From: Hydrolagus colliei
Lineage: Eukaryota
Length of the DNA: 64,000 nt
Direction of reading: 5' to 3'
NCBI GenBank assembly: GCA_035084275.1
Contig: JAYJKW010000483.1
Coordinates: 186,001 to 250,000, forward strand
Shown here: positions 46,401 to 60,310 of the stretch, one piece after another
Layout of the letters: each line of letters begins with the position of its first letter
How positions within the stretch are numbered: position 1 is the stretch's first letter
Notes under the pieces: model-generated
Told to the model about the DNA's origin: nothing
Seen by the model: only the letters and a program-made list of their open reading frames with translations
Database searches by the model: none
Translations under genes and position numbers: made by a program

Positions 46401-48429
46401 NNNNNNNNNNNNNNNNNNNNNNNNNNNNNNNNNNNNNNNNNNNNNNNNNNNNNNNNNNNNNNNNNNNNNNNNNNNNNNNNNNNNNNNNNNNNNNNNNNNN
46501 NNNNNNNGCTGCTGTGTGTGTGTGTCTGTGTGTGTGTGGCTGCTGTGTGTGTGTGTGTGGCTGCTGTGTGTGTGTGGCTGCTGTGTGTGTGTGTGGCTGC
46601 TGTGTGTGTGTGTGGCTGCTGTGTGTGTGTGTCTGTGTGTGTGTGGCTGCTGTGTGTGTGTGTGTGGCTGCTGTGTGTGTGTGGCTGTGTGTGTGTGTGT
46701 GGCTGCTGTGTGTGTGTGTGTGGCTGCTGTGTGTGTGTGTGGCTGCTGTGTGTGTGTGTGTGGCTGCTGTGTGTGTGTGTGTGTGGCTGCTGTGTGTGTG
46801 TGTGTGTGGCTGCTGTGTGTGTGTGTGGCTGCTGTGTGTGTGTGTGTGTGGCTGCTGTGTGTGTGTGTGGCTGCTGTGTGTGTGTGTGTGTGGCTGCTGT
46901 GTGTGTGTGTGGCTGCTGTGTGTGTGTGGCTGCTGTGTGTGTGTGTGTGGCTGTGTGTGTGGCTGTGTGTGTGTGTGTGTGTGGCTGCTGTGTGTGTGTG
47001 TGGCTGCTGTGTGTGTGTGTGTGGCTGCTGTGTTTGTGGCTGCTGTGTGTGTGTGTGGCTGCTGTGTGTGTGTGTGTGTGTGGCTGCTGTGTGTGTGTGT
47101 GTGGCTGCTGTGTGTGTGTGTGTGTGGCTGCTGTGTGTGTGTGTGGCTGCTGTGTGTGTGTGTGGCTGCTGTGTGTGTGTGTGTGTGTGGCTGCTGTGTG
47201 TGTGTGTGTGTGTGGCTGCTGTGTGTGTGTGTGTGTGTGGCTGTGTGAGTGTGTGTGTGTGTGGCTGCTGTGTGTGTGTGTGGCTGCTGTGTTTGTGTGT
47301 GGCTGCTGTGTGTGTGTGTGGCTGCTGTGTGTGTGTGTGTGTGGCTGCTGTTTGTGTGTGTGTGGCTGCTGTTTGTGTGTGTGTGGCTGCTGTTTGTGTG
47401 TGTGTGGCTGCTGTGTGTGTGTGTGTGGCTGCTGTGTGTGTGTGTGTGTGTGTGGCTGCCGTGTGTGTGTGTGTGGCTGCCGTGTGTGTGTGTGTGGCTG
47501 CTGTGTGTGTGTGGCTGCTGTGTGTGTGGCTGCTGTGTGTGTGGCTGCTGTGTGTGTGTGGCTGCTGTGTGTGTGTGTGTGGCTGCTGTGTGTGTGCGTG
47601 TGGCCGCTGTGTGTGTGTGTGGCTGCTGTGTGTGTGTGTGTGTGGCCGCTGTGTGTGTGTGTGGCTGCTGTGTGTGTGTGTGGCTGCTGTGTGTGTGGCT
47701 GCTGTGTGTGTGGCTGCTGTGTGTGTGTGTGTGGCTGCTTTGTGTGTGTGTGGCTGCTGTGTGTGTGTGTGGCTGCTGTGTGTGTGTGTGGCTGCTGTGT
47801 GTGTGTGGCTGCTGTGTGTGTGTGTGGCTGCTGTGTGTGTGTGTGGCTGCTGTGTGTGTGTGTGTGTGGCTGCTGTGTGTGTGTGTGGCTGCTGTGTGTG
47901 TGTGTGGCTGCTGTGTGTGTGTGGCTGCTGTGTGTGTGTGTGTGGCTGCTGTGTGTGTGTGGCTGCTGTGTGTGTGTGGCTGCTGTGTGTGTGTGTGGCT
48001 GCTGTGTGTGTGTGTGTGTGTGTGTGGCTGCTGTGTGTGTGTGTGTGTGTGTGTGGCTGCTGTGTGTGTGTGGCTGCTNNNNNNNNNNNNNNNNNNNNNN
48101 NNNNNNNNNNNNNNNNNNNNNNNNNNNNNNNNNNNNNNNNNNNNNNNNNNNNNNNNNNNNNNNNNNNNNNNNNNNNNNNNNNNNNNNNNNNNNNNNNNNN
48201 NNNNNNNNNNNNTGCTGTGTGTGTGTGTGGCTGCTGTGTGTGTGTGTGGCTGCTGTGTGTGTGTGTGTGGCTGCTGTGTGTGTGTGTGTGGCTGCTGTGT
48301 GTGTGTGTGGCTGCTGTGTGTGTGTGGCTGCTGTGTGTGTGTGTGTGGCTGCTGTGTGTGTGTGTGTGGCTGCTGTGTGTGTGTGTGGCTGCTGTGTGTG
48401 TGTGGCTGCTGTGTGTGTGTGTGGCTGCT
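43455..48429. repeat. Satellite GGCTGCT(GT)n, >5 kb, with assembly gaps
   Basis: Hundreds of units with variable (GT) length; N-runs at 45282-45479, 46324-46507, 48079-48212 and 48430-~48972, so the true length is unknown. Confidence 0.97.
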
Positions 48430-48994
48430 NNNNNNNNNNNNNNNNNNNNNNNNNNNNNNNNNNNNNNNNNNNNNNNNNNNNNNNNNNNNNNNNNNNNNNN
48501 NNNNNNNNNNNNNNNNNNNNNNNNNNNNNNNNNNNNNNNNNNNNNNNNNNNNNNNNNNNNNNNNNNNNNNNNNNNNNNNNNNNNNNNNNNNNNNNNNNNN
48601 NNNNNNNNNNNNNNNNNNNNNNNNNNNNNNNNNNNNNNNNNNNNNNNNNNNNNNNNNNNNNNNNNNNNNNNNNNNNNNNNNNNNNNNNNNNNNNNNNNNN
48701 NNNNNNNNNNNNNNNNNNNNNNNNNNNNNNNNNNNNNNNNNNNNNNNNNNNNNNNNNNNNNNNNNNNNNNNNNNNNNNNNNNNNNNNNNNNNNNNNNNNN
48801 NNNNNNNNNNNNNNNNNNNNNNNNNNNNNNNNNNNNNNNNNNNNNNNNNNNNNNNNNNNNNNNNNNNNNNNNNNNNNNNNNNNNNNNNNNNNNNNNNNNN
48901 NNNNNNNNNNNNNNNNNNNNNNNNNNNNNNNNNNNNNNNNNNNNNNNNNNNNNNNNNNNNNNNNNNNNNNNNTCTTGTCTCCCTTGCCCACCAG

Positions 48995-49198
48995 GGGCTG
49001 CTGGTGTGAGGGTGAGTGTGGCTGCTGTGCTCCCTGTCCTGGCCAGGATGATGGAGGGGGGTGAACGCGGGGACATTTTACCCGTGTCATCGACTGGACA
49101 AGGAGACGACGGGAGCCATGGTGGTGAGGAGGCCCCAGGGGGGCAGCGAAGGGGCGACAGGAACTGTTCCCAGCTCGACTGGTCACTAAACGCTACTG
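48995..49198 (+). other. Putative exon of an unidentified plus-strand gene (ATG at 49048; MMEGGERGDILPVSSTGQGDDGSHGGEEAPGGQRRGDRNCSQLDWSLNAT)
   Basis: Island of complex sequence among repeats; pyrimidine tract TCTTGTCTCCCTTGCCCACCAG| acceptor and ACTG|GTGAGA donor; product not recognised. Confidence 0.4.
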
Positions 49199-49199
49199 G

Positions 49200-50150
49200 T
49201 GAGAGACACAGAGAGAGAGAGTGTGTGAGTGACAGAGAGAGAGAGGGAGGGAGAGAAACACTGAATGTGTGATATTCTGAGTGACTGTGAGCCAGGGAGA
49301 GAGACTGAAGAGTCTGAGCAAGTGTGAGACTAAGCGATTGTGAGAGAGACGTGGAGAGAGGGTGTTAGAGAGAAACAGAGCAACTGTGGGAGACTGACAG
49401 AGTGTGAGAGAGGGTGTGAGAGAGACAGAGAGAGACTGAGCGAGTGTGAGGGACTGAGAGAGTGTGTGAGAGACAGGGAGAGACACAGTAAGAGAGGTTG
49501 ATGAGGCAGGAGCCAGGGGGCAGCGAAGGGGCGACAGGAACTGTTCTGAGCTCGACTGGTAACCAAACATTACTGGTGAGAGACACACAGAGAGAGAGAG
49601 AGAGAGAGAGTGAGTGACAGGGAGAGAGGGAGAGAAAGACTGAGTGTGTGATAGACTGAGTGACTGTGAGCCAGGGAGAGAGACTGAAGAGTGAGCAAGT
49701 GTGAGACTGAGCAAGTGTGAGAGAGACTGAGCAAGTGTGAGAGAGACTGAGCAAGCGAGTGTGAGAGACAGTGAGCATGAGAGACTGAGTGAGTTTGAGA
49801 GACTGACAGAGTGTGAGAGACTGAGAGAGAGAGACTGAGCTAATGTGAGAGACTGAGAGAGTGTGTGAGAGACAGGGAGAGACAGAATGAGAATGAGTGT
49901 GAGAGGGTGGCAAGAGCCAGGGGGCAGCGAAAGGGCTACAGAAACTGTTACGAGCTCGTCTGGTCACTAATCACTACTGGTGAGAGACTGAGTGAGAGAG
50001 AGAGAGAGAGACTGAGCAAGTGTGAGAGACACTGAGCGAGTGGCTGAGAGACCGAGAAAGAGAGAGAGAGAGAGAGAGATGGGGGTGTGTGAGAGAGACT
50101 GAGTGAGTGTGTGAGAGAGGGAGAGAGTGACTGAGTGAGTCTCCACTCTT
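49200..50150. repeat. GA/GT-rich repeats carrying two diverged copies of the 3' ~70 nt of the putative exon
   Basis: GCCAGGGGGCAGCGAA.GGGC.ACAG.AACTGTT..GAGCTCG.CTGGT.AC.AA.C..TACTGGTGAGAGAC at ~49512-49584 and ~49916-49988. Confidence 0.8.
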
Positions 50151-53100
50151 CTGCACCCCCCTTTCTGATCAACCGAGCCTTCGGTCACCTTTCTCCCCCT
50201 CCCCCTGGCTCAGGCCCAGGATCTGTTGTTGTGAAACTCTCTGAGGCACTATCTGGTGTGGAGGGCGCTATATAAATCAAAGTTGTTGTTGTTTCTACAG
50301 CCTGTGATACACACACAGAGTGAGAGAATGTGTACGAGGGAGACCTACCATCTGAGATACAGTCACAGAGAGAGAGAGACCTCTACATCATGAGATACGC
50401 AGAGAGAGAAAGAGAAGGTAAGAGAGAGAGAGACCAGTTGACAGCCTGTGATACACTCACACAGAGTCGGACACCCAGGCACATTCACAGGCCTTATACA
50501 CTGAGAGAGTGGTGTTGGGGAGACACATACACAGAGAGAGAGAGAAGTAGGGAGGCACACATATACACTCGCAGGCCTCATGTACAAAGAGAGTCACACA
50601 CACAGGGCCGTGCACACAGAGAGACAGACAAATACACACATACAGAGAGAGACACACATATGCACTCACAGGCCTCTGTGTCTGACTATCTTTCACACAC
50701 ACAGGCCTCAGTCTCTGTTCATCAGAAATCACAGACTCACACGTAGTCTGTGTGTGTCTCACACAAACTCACTGAGAGAAAGAGAGACAGAGACAGACAA
50801 ACACATACACATTGAGACAGTGTGAGTTAAACACATATAGAGACACTGAGATACACATACAATCTCTCTCTGACCACACACTGTGTGTCTCTGGTCATCT
50901 GAAATGACATACACATGCAGACATACACACACACATATTTGACACTCACACATATACACTGTATTTCTGAGACAGGAACAAACATACACAGACAAACACT
51001 GACATCCCCTCTTTACACTGAGAGACACTCACACGGAGAAACTCACACAGGCCTCTGTGTCTCACTCTGTGTCTGGGACACACAAACACACAGAGAGACA
51101 TACACACACTGGCCTCTGTGTTTGTCTCTCACATACAGGCCTCTGTCTCTGGGCATCAGAAATCACAGATTACACTGGACTTGCCCTGATTCTCAAACAC
51201 ACACACACAGAAACACTGTAACCCCCTCTCTCTGTGTTTCACTGTGTCTGATAATAATAATAAACCTTTAATTTGATATCATGGCTTGTCACGTCTTTGA
51301 GACATCTCAAAGTGCTTCACAGGATACACCATCAAGTAAAGTGACTGTATGCTTTGTGAGGAAAATATGGCAGCCAATGTGTCTTGTCTGTGTGGGGTGT
51401 GAGTATGTGTATGTGAGAGTGAGTGTGTGTACGCGAGAGTGTGTGTATGTGAGAGTGCGTGTATGTGAGAGAGTGACTGTGTGTGGGTGCAGTTAGCTTG
51501 TGAGAGGACCTGGGTTAGATTCCCAGGTGGTTCAAAGTGAATGTTGGGCAGTTCTCCTCACTTGATGCCCCTCTGTAATACAACAACTAATAATAATCCT
51601 TGTGTTTGATATTCAGTCTATATGTGTGCGTGTCTGTCTTACACTGTGTCTGTGAGTGTATCTCATACTGTAAAGAGGGTGGTACTTAGTGTCTCTCTCT
51701 GTATGTTTGTGACCCTCAGGAATAAAAACAGACAGAGAGAGAGAATTGTACGAGACAGAGACACAGAGAGGGAGAGAGGTGAGAGAGAGAACTCTCTACA
51801 CTCTGTGATACAATCACACAGATACATACACAGAGGCCCCCGTCTCTGAGACAAACACACAGAGAGAGACAGTCCTACATTTACAGGTCTCTGTCACACA
51901 CAGCCTCCCGCACACACACACACACACAGCCTCCCGCACACACACACACACACACAAATACACACAAAAACATTGTAGTTTCCGCCCAATCCAGGACAAA
52001 CACCCAGCACCCTCACAGCCCATCTGCAAACACAGCCCCCCTCACACACAGTCCCCCCACACACAGACACATTCTCGCACGCACACACCCAAACAGCCCC
52101 GCTACTCACAAACACACAGCACACCCCTACCCATACACAACCCCCAACCCACACACACAAACAGCCCCCCCACCCACACAGAAACAGTAGCCACAAACAC
52201 TCCAGCCACATAGCCCCCACACATACAGCCCCCACTACACATACAGCCCCCCCACACACACATACCCTCCCTCACACACACAGCCCCCCATCACACACAG
52301 CCCACTCCCTACACAAATAGCACCCCCGCCACACAGCCCCCGTACCCACACATTAGCACACAACCCCTCCCACACACACACACAAACCCCACCTCACACA
52401 CGGCCAACCCTCCCACGCACAGCCAACCCTCCCACACACTCAACCCCCACTCACATTCAGCCCCCTCACACATACAGTCTTCCCTACGCGCACACAGTCC
52501 CCCTCCAACACATATCCCCCTGTCACACACATAGCCAAACTCATATACACACAGTCGTCACCTCCCCCACACTCACAACCCCCCTCCCACACATACACCC
52601 CCACATACAACCCCCACCTTACACACAACCACCCCCCCCATACACACACAGCCACCACTCCCACACATAGCCGCACTCACACACAACCACCCAACTCACA
52701 CACACAGCCTCTCCACACACAGCCCCCCACACAGCTCCCACACACACACAGCTCCCCCCACACAGTCAGCCCACCCACAATTACAGCCTCCCCCACACCC
52801 ACAGCCCCTCTCCCATACACACATCCCCCTGTTACACACAGACCCCACCTCACGCACACAGCTGACACGCCACACCCAGCCCCACCTCACACACAGCCTC
52901 CCATCACATATAGCCCCCCCACACAGCCCCCAACACACGCAGTCCACCACACACATAGCCACAGCCTCACACACAGCCCCCTCCTACATACACAGCCTTC
53001 TTCCCACACACACAACCCCTCCCTTATACATAGACACCCACATGCCCCACAAACACAGCTCCCACACACACCCACCCACTCCCCACACACACCCACCCCC

Positions 53101-56100
53101 TCCCCACACACACCCACCCCCTCCCCACACACAGCCCCTCCACACCACACATAGCCCCAAACACACAGCACCCTCCAGACACACAGACCCCACCTCAGGC
53201 ACACACGCCCCCATCCCCTACCCCCACACACACAGCCCCTACCTCACACACACACACAACCCCTCCCCACACACAGCCGCCCCCCCAACCCATACACAGC
53301 CCCCAACACACAGCACGTGCATCTCACACACACAGGACCCCCCAGACACACAGAACCCACCTCAGACACACACACAACCATCCCTTACCCCCACATTTAC
53401 AGCACCCCTCACCCCACACACAGCCTCAAACACACAGCACACCCACCCCACACACAACCCACACACACAGCCCCGCTCACACACAGCTCCACCATCGGTG
53501 GCCGTGCCTTCAGCCACTACGCCCTGAAGCTCTGGAACTCCCTTCCTCACTCCCTTCGCCTCGTTCCATCTCTTCCTAGTTTCAGGTCTCGGCTAAAGAC
53601 CTTTCTGTTCAACCGTGCCTTCGGTCACCTTTCTCCCCCTCCCCCTGGCTCAGGCCCAGGATCTGTTGTTGTGAAGCATTTGAGACACTGTCTGGCATGA
53701 AAGGCGCTGTATAAATCAAAGTTTTTATTGTTTCTACAGCCTGTGATACACATACAAAGTGGGAGAATGTGTACGAGAGAGACCTACAATCTGAGATATA
53801 CACTCACGGAGAGAGAGACCTCTGCAGCCTGAGATATGCACAGAGAGAGAAAGTAAGAGAGAGAGAGAGAGACATGTCTACAGCCCGTGATAAACTCGCA
53901 AAGAGAGAGACACCAACAGACACTCATAAGCCTCACACACAGACAGAGAGGGGGAGTGGGGAGACAAATACATACAGATGGAAAAGTAAGGAGGCACACA
54001 TATCCACTCACTGGCCTCTGTCTTTCACACACTCAGCCTCAGTCTCTGTTGATCAGAAATCACAGACACACACTTAGTCTGTGTCTCTCACACACTCACT
54101 GAGAGAAAGAACGACAGAGAAAAACAAACACGTACACACTGAGACAGAGTGAGAGATACACATATAGAGATACTGAGATACATACACCCTCTCTCTCTCT
54201 CTGACCACACACTCTCTGTGTCTCTGGTCATCTGAAATGACACACACATCCAGACATACACACACACACACATAATTGACACTCACACATATACACTGGC
54301 CTCTCTGTGTCTCTGAGACATACATGCGCAATGAGTTACACTGAGAGAGAGAGACACACTGAGAGACATACACAGAAACACATTGCAACCCTTCTCTCTG
54401 TCTCAGTGTGTCTGATACACTAAAATACATACTCACAGAGAAACACTGACATCCTCTCTTTAGACTGAGAGACACTCACACAGAGACACTCACACAGGCC
54501 TCTGTGTCTGACTGTCTCTGGGACACACAAACACACTGAGAGAGACATACACAGAGGCATGTGAGTGTATATGTGTGTGTATCTCACACTGTCTGTGAGT
54601 GTGTTTCAAGCTGTAAAGGCTGTATGTTTGTGAGTGTGTCTGACGCTGTAAAGGCTCTTTGTTTGTGCCCCTCAGGAATAAAAAGAGACACAAAGAGACG
54701 GAGAAAGAAAGAGAATTGTACGAGATAGAGACACACAGAGAGAGAGAGGTGAGATAGTGAACTCTCCACACTCTGTGATACACTCACACAGAGATACAAA
54801 CACACAGGCCTCTGTGTCTCTGAGACAAACACATAGAGAGAGAGAGACTCATACACTCACATGCCTCTGTCACACACACCGTCCCGCACACACATACACA
54901 CACAAATATACACAAAAACACTAGTTTCCGCCCCACGCACGTTAAACACCCAACACCACACCGCATCTACACACACACAGCCACCCCTCACACGCAGTTC
55001 CCCCCACACACTTAGACACATTCTCACACGCACGCACCCACACAGCCCCCCTACCCACAAATACACACCACATCCAACCCACACACAACCTCCCACCCAC
55101 ACACAAACAGCCCCCACAACACTCACAGCCACATAGCACCCCCACACACAGCGCCCCCTACACATACAGTCCCCCACACACACACATCTTCCCTCACACA
55201 CACACAGCCCCCCCATCACACAGAGCCCCCGCCTTACACAAACAGCACCCACCCCCCCACACAGCACCCTTACCCACATATAAGCACACAACCCCCCACA
55301 CACACAAACCCCACTCCACACACAGCCAACCCTCCCACACACACAGCCCCCACCTTACACACAACCCCCCCCCACACACAGCCAACCATCCCACACACAG
55401 CCGCACTCACACAAAAACACCCAACTCACACACACAACCTCCCCCACACTCACAGACCCTCTCCCCCACACACACATCCTCCTGCTACACACAGGCCCTG
55501 CCTCGTGCACACACAGCCACCCACCCCCAAACTCAAACAGCCCACCTCCTCACACACACACAGCCCCTCCTCACACACACACAGCCCCCCCTCACACACA
55601 GCCTCCCATCACATATAGCCCCCCCCACACAGCCCCCCGACACACACACAGTCCGGCTCACACATAGCCCGAGCCTCACCCACAGCCCCTTCTCACATAC
55701 ACAGCCTTCCTCCCACACAGACACAGCCCCTCCCTCATACATACACACCCACATGTCCCACATACACAGCTCCCTCACACACACACCGCCTCCCCACACA
55801 CAGCCCCTCCAACCCACAGGCAGCCCCCAACACACAGCACCTTCCAGACACAGACCCCACCTCAGGCACACACACACCCATCCCCTCCCCACACACAGCC
55901 CCACCACCCGACACACAGCCCCAAACACACAGCACCCTCCAAACGCATAGTCCCCACCTCACACACATCCATCCCCTACCTGTGTACACACACACAGCCC
56001 CTATTTCACACACACACACCCATCCCCCCATCCCACACAGCCCCAAACTCACAGTACCCGCATCCCACACACACACCACCAGATACACAGAACCCATGTC

Positions 56101-57020
56101 AGACACACACCCACCCATCCCTACACATGCAGCACCCCTCACCCCACACACAACCCACACACACAGGCCCTCTCACACACAACCCTCCCCCAACCCCAGT
56201 CACACACACACACCTCCCACACACAGCTCCACCTTTGGCGGCCTTGCCTTCGACCACTACGCCCCGAAGCTCTGGAACTCCCTTCCTCACTCCCTTCACT
56301 TCGTTCCCTCTCTTCCTAGTTTCAGGTCTCGGCTAAAGATATTTCTGTTCAACCGAGCCTTCGGTCACCTTTCTCCCCGTCCTCCTGGCTCAGGCCCGGG
56401 ATCTGTTGTTGTGAAGCGTCTGAGACACTGTCTTGCGTGGAGGGCGCTATATAAATTAAAGTTTTTGTTGTTTCTACAGCCTGTGATACAAACACAAACA
56501 GAGTGAGAGAATGTGTACGAGAGAGACCTACAATCTGAGATACGTCTGCAGCCTGAGATATGCACAGAGAGAGAAGGTAAGAGAGAGAGAGTGAGAGACA
56601 TGTCCACAGCATGTGATCAACTCTCAAAGAGAGAGACACTGACAGACACTCACAGGCCTCACACAGAGAGAGAGGGGTGGGTGGGGGGGACACATATATA
56701 CAGATGGAGAAGTGAGGAGGCATATCCACTCACAGGCCTCAGTCTCTGTTGATCAGAAATCACAGACACACACATAGTCTATCTGTGTCTCACACACTCA
56801 CTGAGAGAAAGAGAGACAGAGAGAAACAAACACATGCACACTGAGACAGAGTGAGAGAAACACATATAGAGATACTGAGATACACCCACAGTCTCTCTCT
56901 CTCTGGCCACACACTATCTGTATATTTGGTCATCTGAAATGAAACACACATCCAGATATACACACACACATAATTGACACTTACACATATACACTGGCCT
57001 CTCTGTGTCTCTGAGACATA

Positions 57021-57450
57021 CAACAACAACAACAAAAAAAAATTATGACTACATAGCGCCTTTCATGTCGGGAGGACGTCCCAAAGCTATGAACACTCAG
57101 GTCGGGACCTGAGCAGTGGTAGGGAAGATGGTCAGTGTAGGGGGAAGGGAAGGAGAGTGGGAGAGGGGGAACAGTTAGTGGGGCAGCCGAAGGTGCGGTC
57201 GAAGAGGAAAGTCTTGAGACCGGCCTTGAAGGAGGAAAGAGAGGAAGCGAGGGGGAGGGGCTGCGGGATGGAGTTCCACAGTGTGGGAGCAGAGAGGCTG
57301 AGAGCCCGGCCACCGATGGTTGGGGGGTTAGGGCGGTGGACGTGGAGCAGGCCTGAGTCTGTTGATCTGAGGGTGCGGACAGGCTGATAGGGAGACAGTA
57401 GTTCAGAGAGATAGGTGGGGCAAGGCCATTTCTGGTGACCAACACAGAGC
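57021..57450 (-). mobile_element. L2 3' end inserted antisense in unit 3
   Basis: Minus ORF 57132-57587: LSELLSPYQPVRTLRSTDSGLL..TIGGRALSLSAPTLWNSIP..FKAGLKTFLFDRTF. Confidence 0.85.
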
Positions 57451-60002
57451 CCTGTGAGTGAATATGTGTGGGTATGTCTCTCACTGTGTCTGTGAGTGCG
57501 TCTCATGCTGCAAAGACTCTCTATGTTTGTGATCCTCAGGAATAAAAAGAGACACAAAGAGATGGAGAAAGAGAGAGAATTGTACAAGAGGGAGACGCAG
57601 AGGGAGAGAGAGAGAGAGGTGAGAGAGAGAAATCTCTACAGCCTGTGACACACTCACACAGAGATACATACACACAGGCCTCTGTGTCTCTGAGACAAAC
57701 ACATAGAGAGAGAGAGAGACTCATGCACTCACAGGCCTCTGTCACACACACCGTCCCGCAAACACACACGCGCGCACACACACCCCCACATACACAAATA
57801 TACGCAAAACACTGTAGTTTCTGCCCCACCCACGGTAAACACCCAACACCACACAGCATATCTACACACACACAGCCCCCCCTCACAGGCAGTCCCCCCC
57901 ACACACTTAGACACATTCTCATACGCACGCACGCACCCACACTGCCTCCCTACCCACAAATGCACACCACACCCAACCCACACACAACCTCCCACCCACA
58001 CACAAACAGCCCCCACAACACTCACAGCCACATAGCCCCACCACACACAGCCCCCCTACACATACAGTCCTCCACACACACACATCTTCCCTCACACACA
58101 CAGCCGCCCATCACACAGAGCCCCCGCCTTACACAAACAGCACCCACCACACACACAGCACCCTTACCCACATATAAGCACACAACCGTCCCACACACAC
58201 AAACCCCACCCCACACACAGCCAACCCTCCCACACACAGCCGCACTCACACACAACCACCCAACTCACACACACAGCTACCCCCACACACAACCTTCCCC
58301 ACACTCGCAGACCCTCTCCCACACACACAAATCCCCCTGCGACACACAGGCCCTGCTTCATGCACACACAGCCGCCCACCCCCAAACTCACACAGCCCTC
58401 CTCCTATGCACACGCAGCCCCTCCTCTCACACACACAGCCCGCCCCTCACACACAGCCTCCCATCACATATAGCCCCCCCCACACAGCCCCCCGACACAC
58501 ACACAGTCCGCCTCACACATAGACCGAGCCTCACACACAGCCCCTTCTCACATACACAGCCTTCCTCTCACACAGACACAGCAATACGTCCCACATACAC
58601 AGCTCCCGCACACACCCACCGCCTCCCCACACACAGCCCCTCCACCCCACATGCAGCCCCCAACACACAGCACCCTCCAGACACACAGACTAAAACTCAG
58701 GCACACACGTACCCATCCCCTCCCCACACACTGCCCCACCACCCGACACACAGCCCCAAACACACAGCACCCTCCAAACGCATAGACCCCACCTCACACA
58801 CATCCATCCCCTACCTGTACACACACACAGCCCCTATTTCACACACACACATGCACACACACCCATCCCCTCCCCACACACAGTCCCCCATCCCACACAC
58901 AGCCCCAAACTCACAGTACCCGCATCCCACACACACAGCACTCCCCAGATACACAGAACCCATGTCAGACACACACCCACCCATCCCTTACCCTTACACA
59001 TACAGCACCCCTCACTCCACACACAACCCACACACACAGCCCATCTCACACACAACCCTCCCCCAACCCCAGTCACACACACACACCTCCCACACACAGC
59101 TCCACCTTTGGCGGCCGTGCCTTCGACCACTGCGCCCCGAAGCTCTGGAACTCCCTTCCTCACTCCCTTCACCTCGTTCCCTCTCTTCCTCGTTTCAGGT
59201 CTCGGCTAAATACCTCTCTGTTCAACCGAGCCTTCGGTCACCTTTCTCCCTCTCCCCCTGGCTCAGGCCCAGGAAATGTTGTTGTGAAGCGTCTGAGACG
59301 CTGTCTGGCTTGGAGGGCGCTATTGAAATCAAAGTTGTTGTTGTTTCTACAGCCTGTGATATGCACAGAGTGAGAGAATGTGTGCGAGAGAGAGATCTAC
59401 AATCTGAGATACACTCAGAGAGAGAGAGACCTCTGCAGCCTGAGATATGCACAGAGAGAGAAGGTGAGAGAGAGACATGTCTACAGCCTGTGATAAACTC
59501 ACAAAGAGAGACAACGACAGACACTCACAAGCCTCACACACAGACAGAGGGGTGGATGGTGGCGGACACACATGTATATGATGGAGAAGTGAGGCACACA
59601 TATCCACTCATGAGCCTCTGCCTTTCACACACACAGGCCTCAGTTTCTGTTGATCAGAAATCACAGACACACACTTAGTCTGTCTGTGTCTCACACACAT
59701 ACAGAGAAAGAGACACAGAAATAACAAACACATACACACTGAGACAGAGTGATAGATGCATATATAGAGACACTGAGATACACATATAGTCTCTCTCTCT
59801 CTGACCACACAATATCTGTGTCTCTGGTCATCTGAAATGAAACACACATCTAGACACACACACACACACATAATTGACACTAACATATATACACTGCCCT
59901 CTCTGTGTCTCTGAGACATACATACAACAACAACAAAATTACAATTATAGCGCCTTTCACGTCGGGAGGATGTCCCAAAGTGCGGAACAGTCAGGTCGAG
60001 GC

Positions 60003-60278
60003 TAGGGTCCGTCGATATGGAAATTTTCTGATCAAATATATCGATGGGCTCATATCGAGATATACCGAAATATCGATATTTTGGGGGTTTTCGTATTGCG
60101 TACGCATTCCGGGCCTATCTCCTCAGGAGATAAATATCTTTCTCTCTCTGTGTCTCTCACTCTCTCCATCTCTATGTTTTTCTGTCTGTGTGTCTCTGTG
60201 TCTCTCTCCCTCTCTCTTCTCTCACATCCGCCCCATCTCTATCTATCTGTAGATCATCACATCCACAACGTCTCTCTC

Positions 60279-60310
<32 letters not shown>

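Noticed and set aside
43455-48429. Satellite as a class-switch region
   Set aside because: It lies 5' of V rather than in the J-C intron, and cartilaginous fish lack classical S regions.
43282-49272. ORFs of 1996, 1878, 1136 and 1091 aa (Cys/Val- or His/Thr-rich)
   Set aside because: Pure translations of the GGCTGCT(GT)n satellite running through N gaps; several frames on both strands are open.
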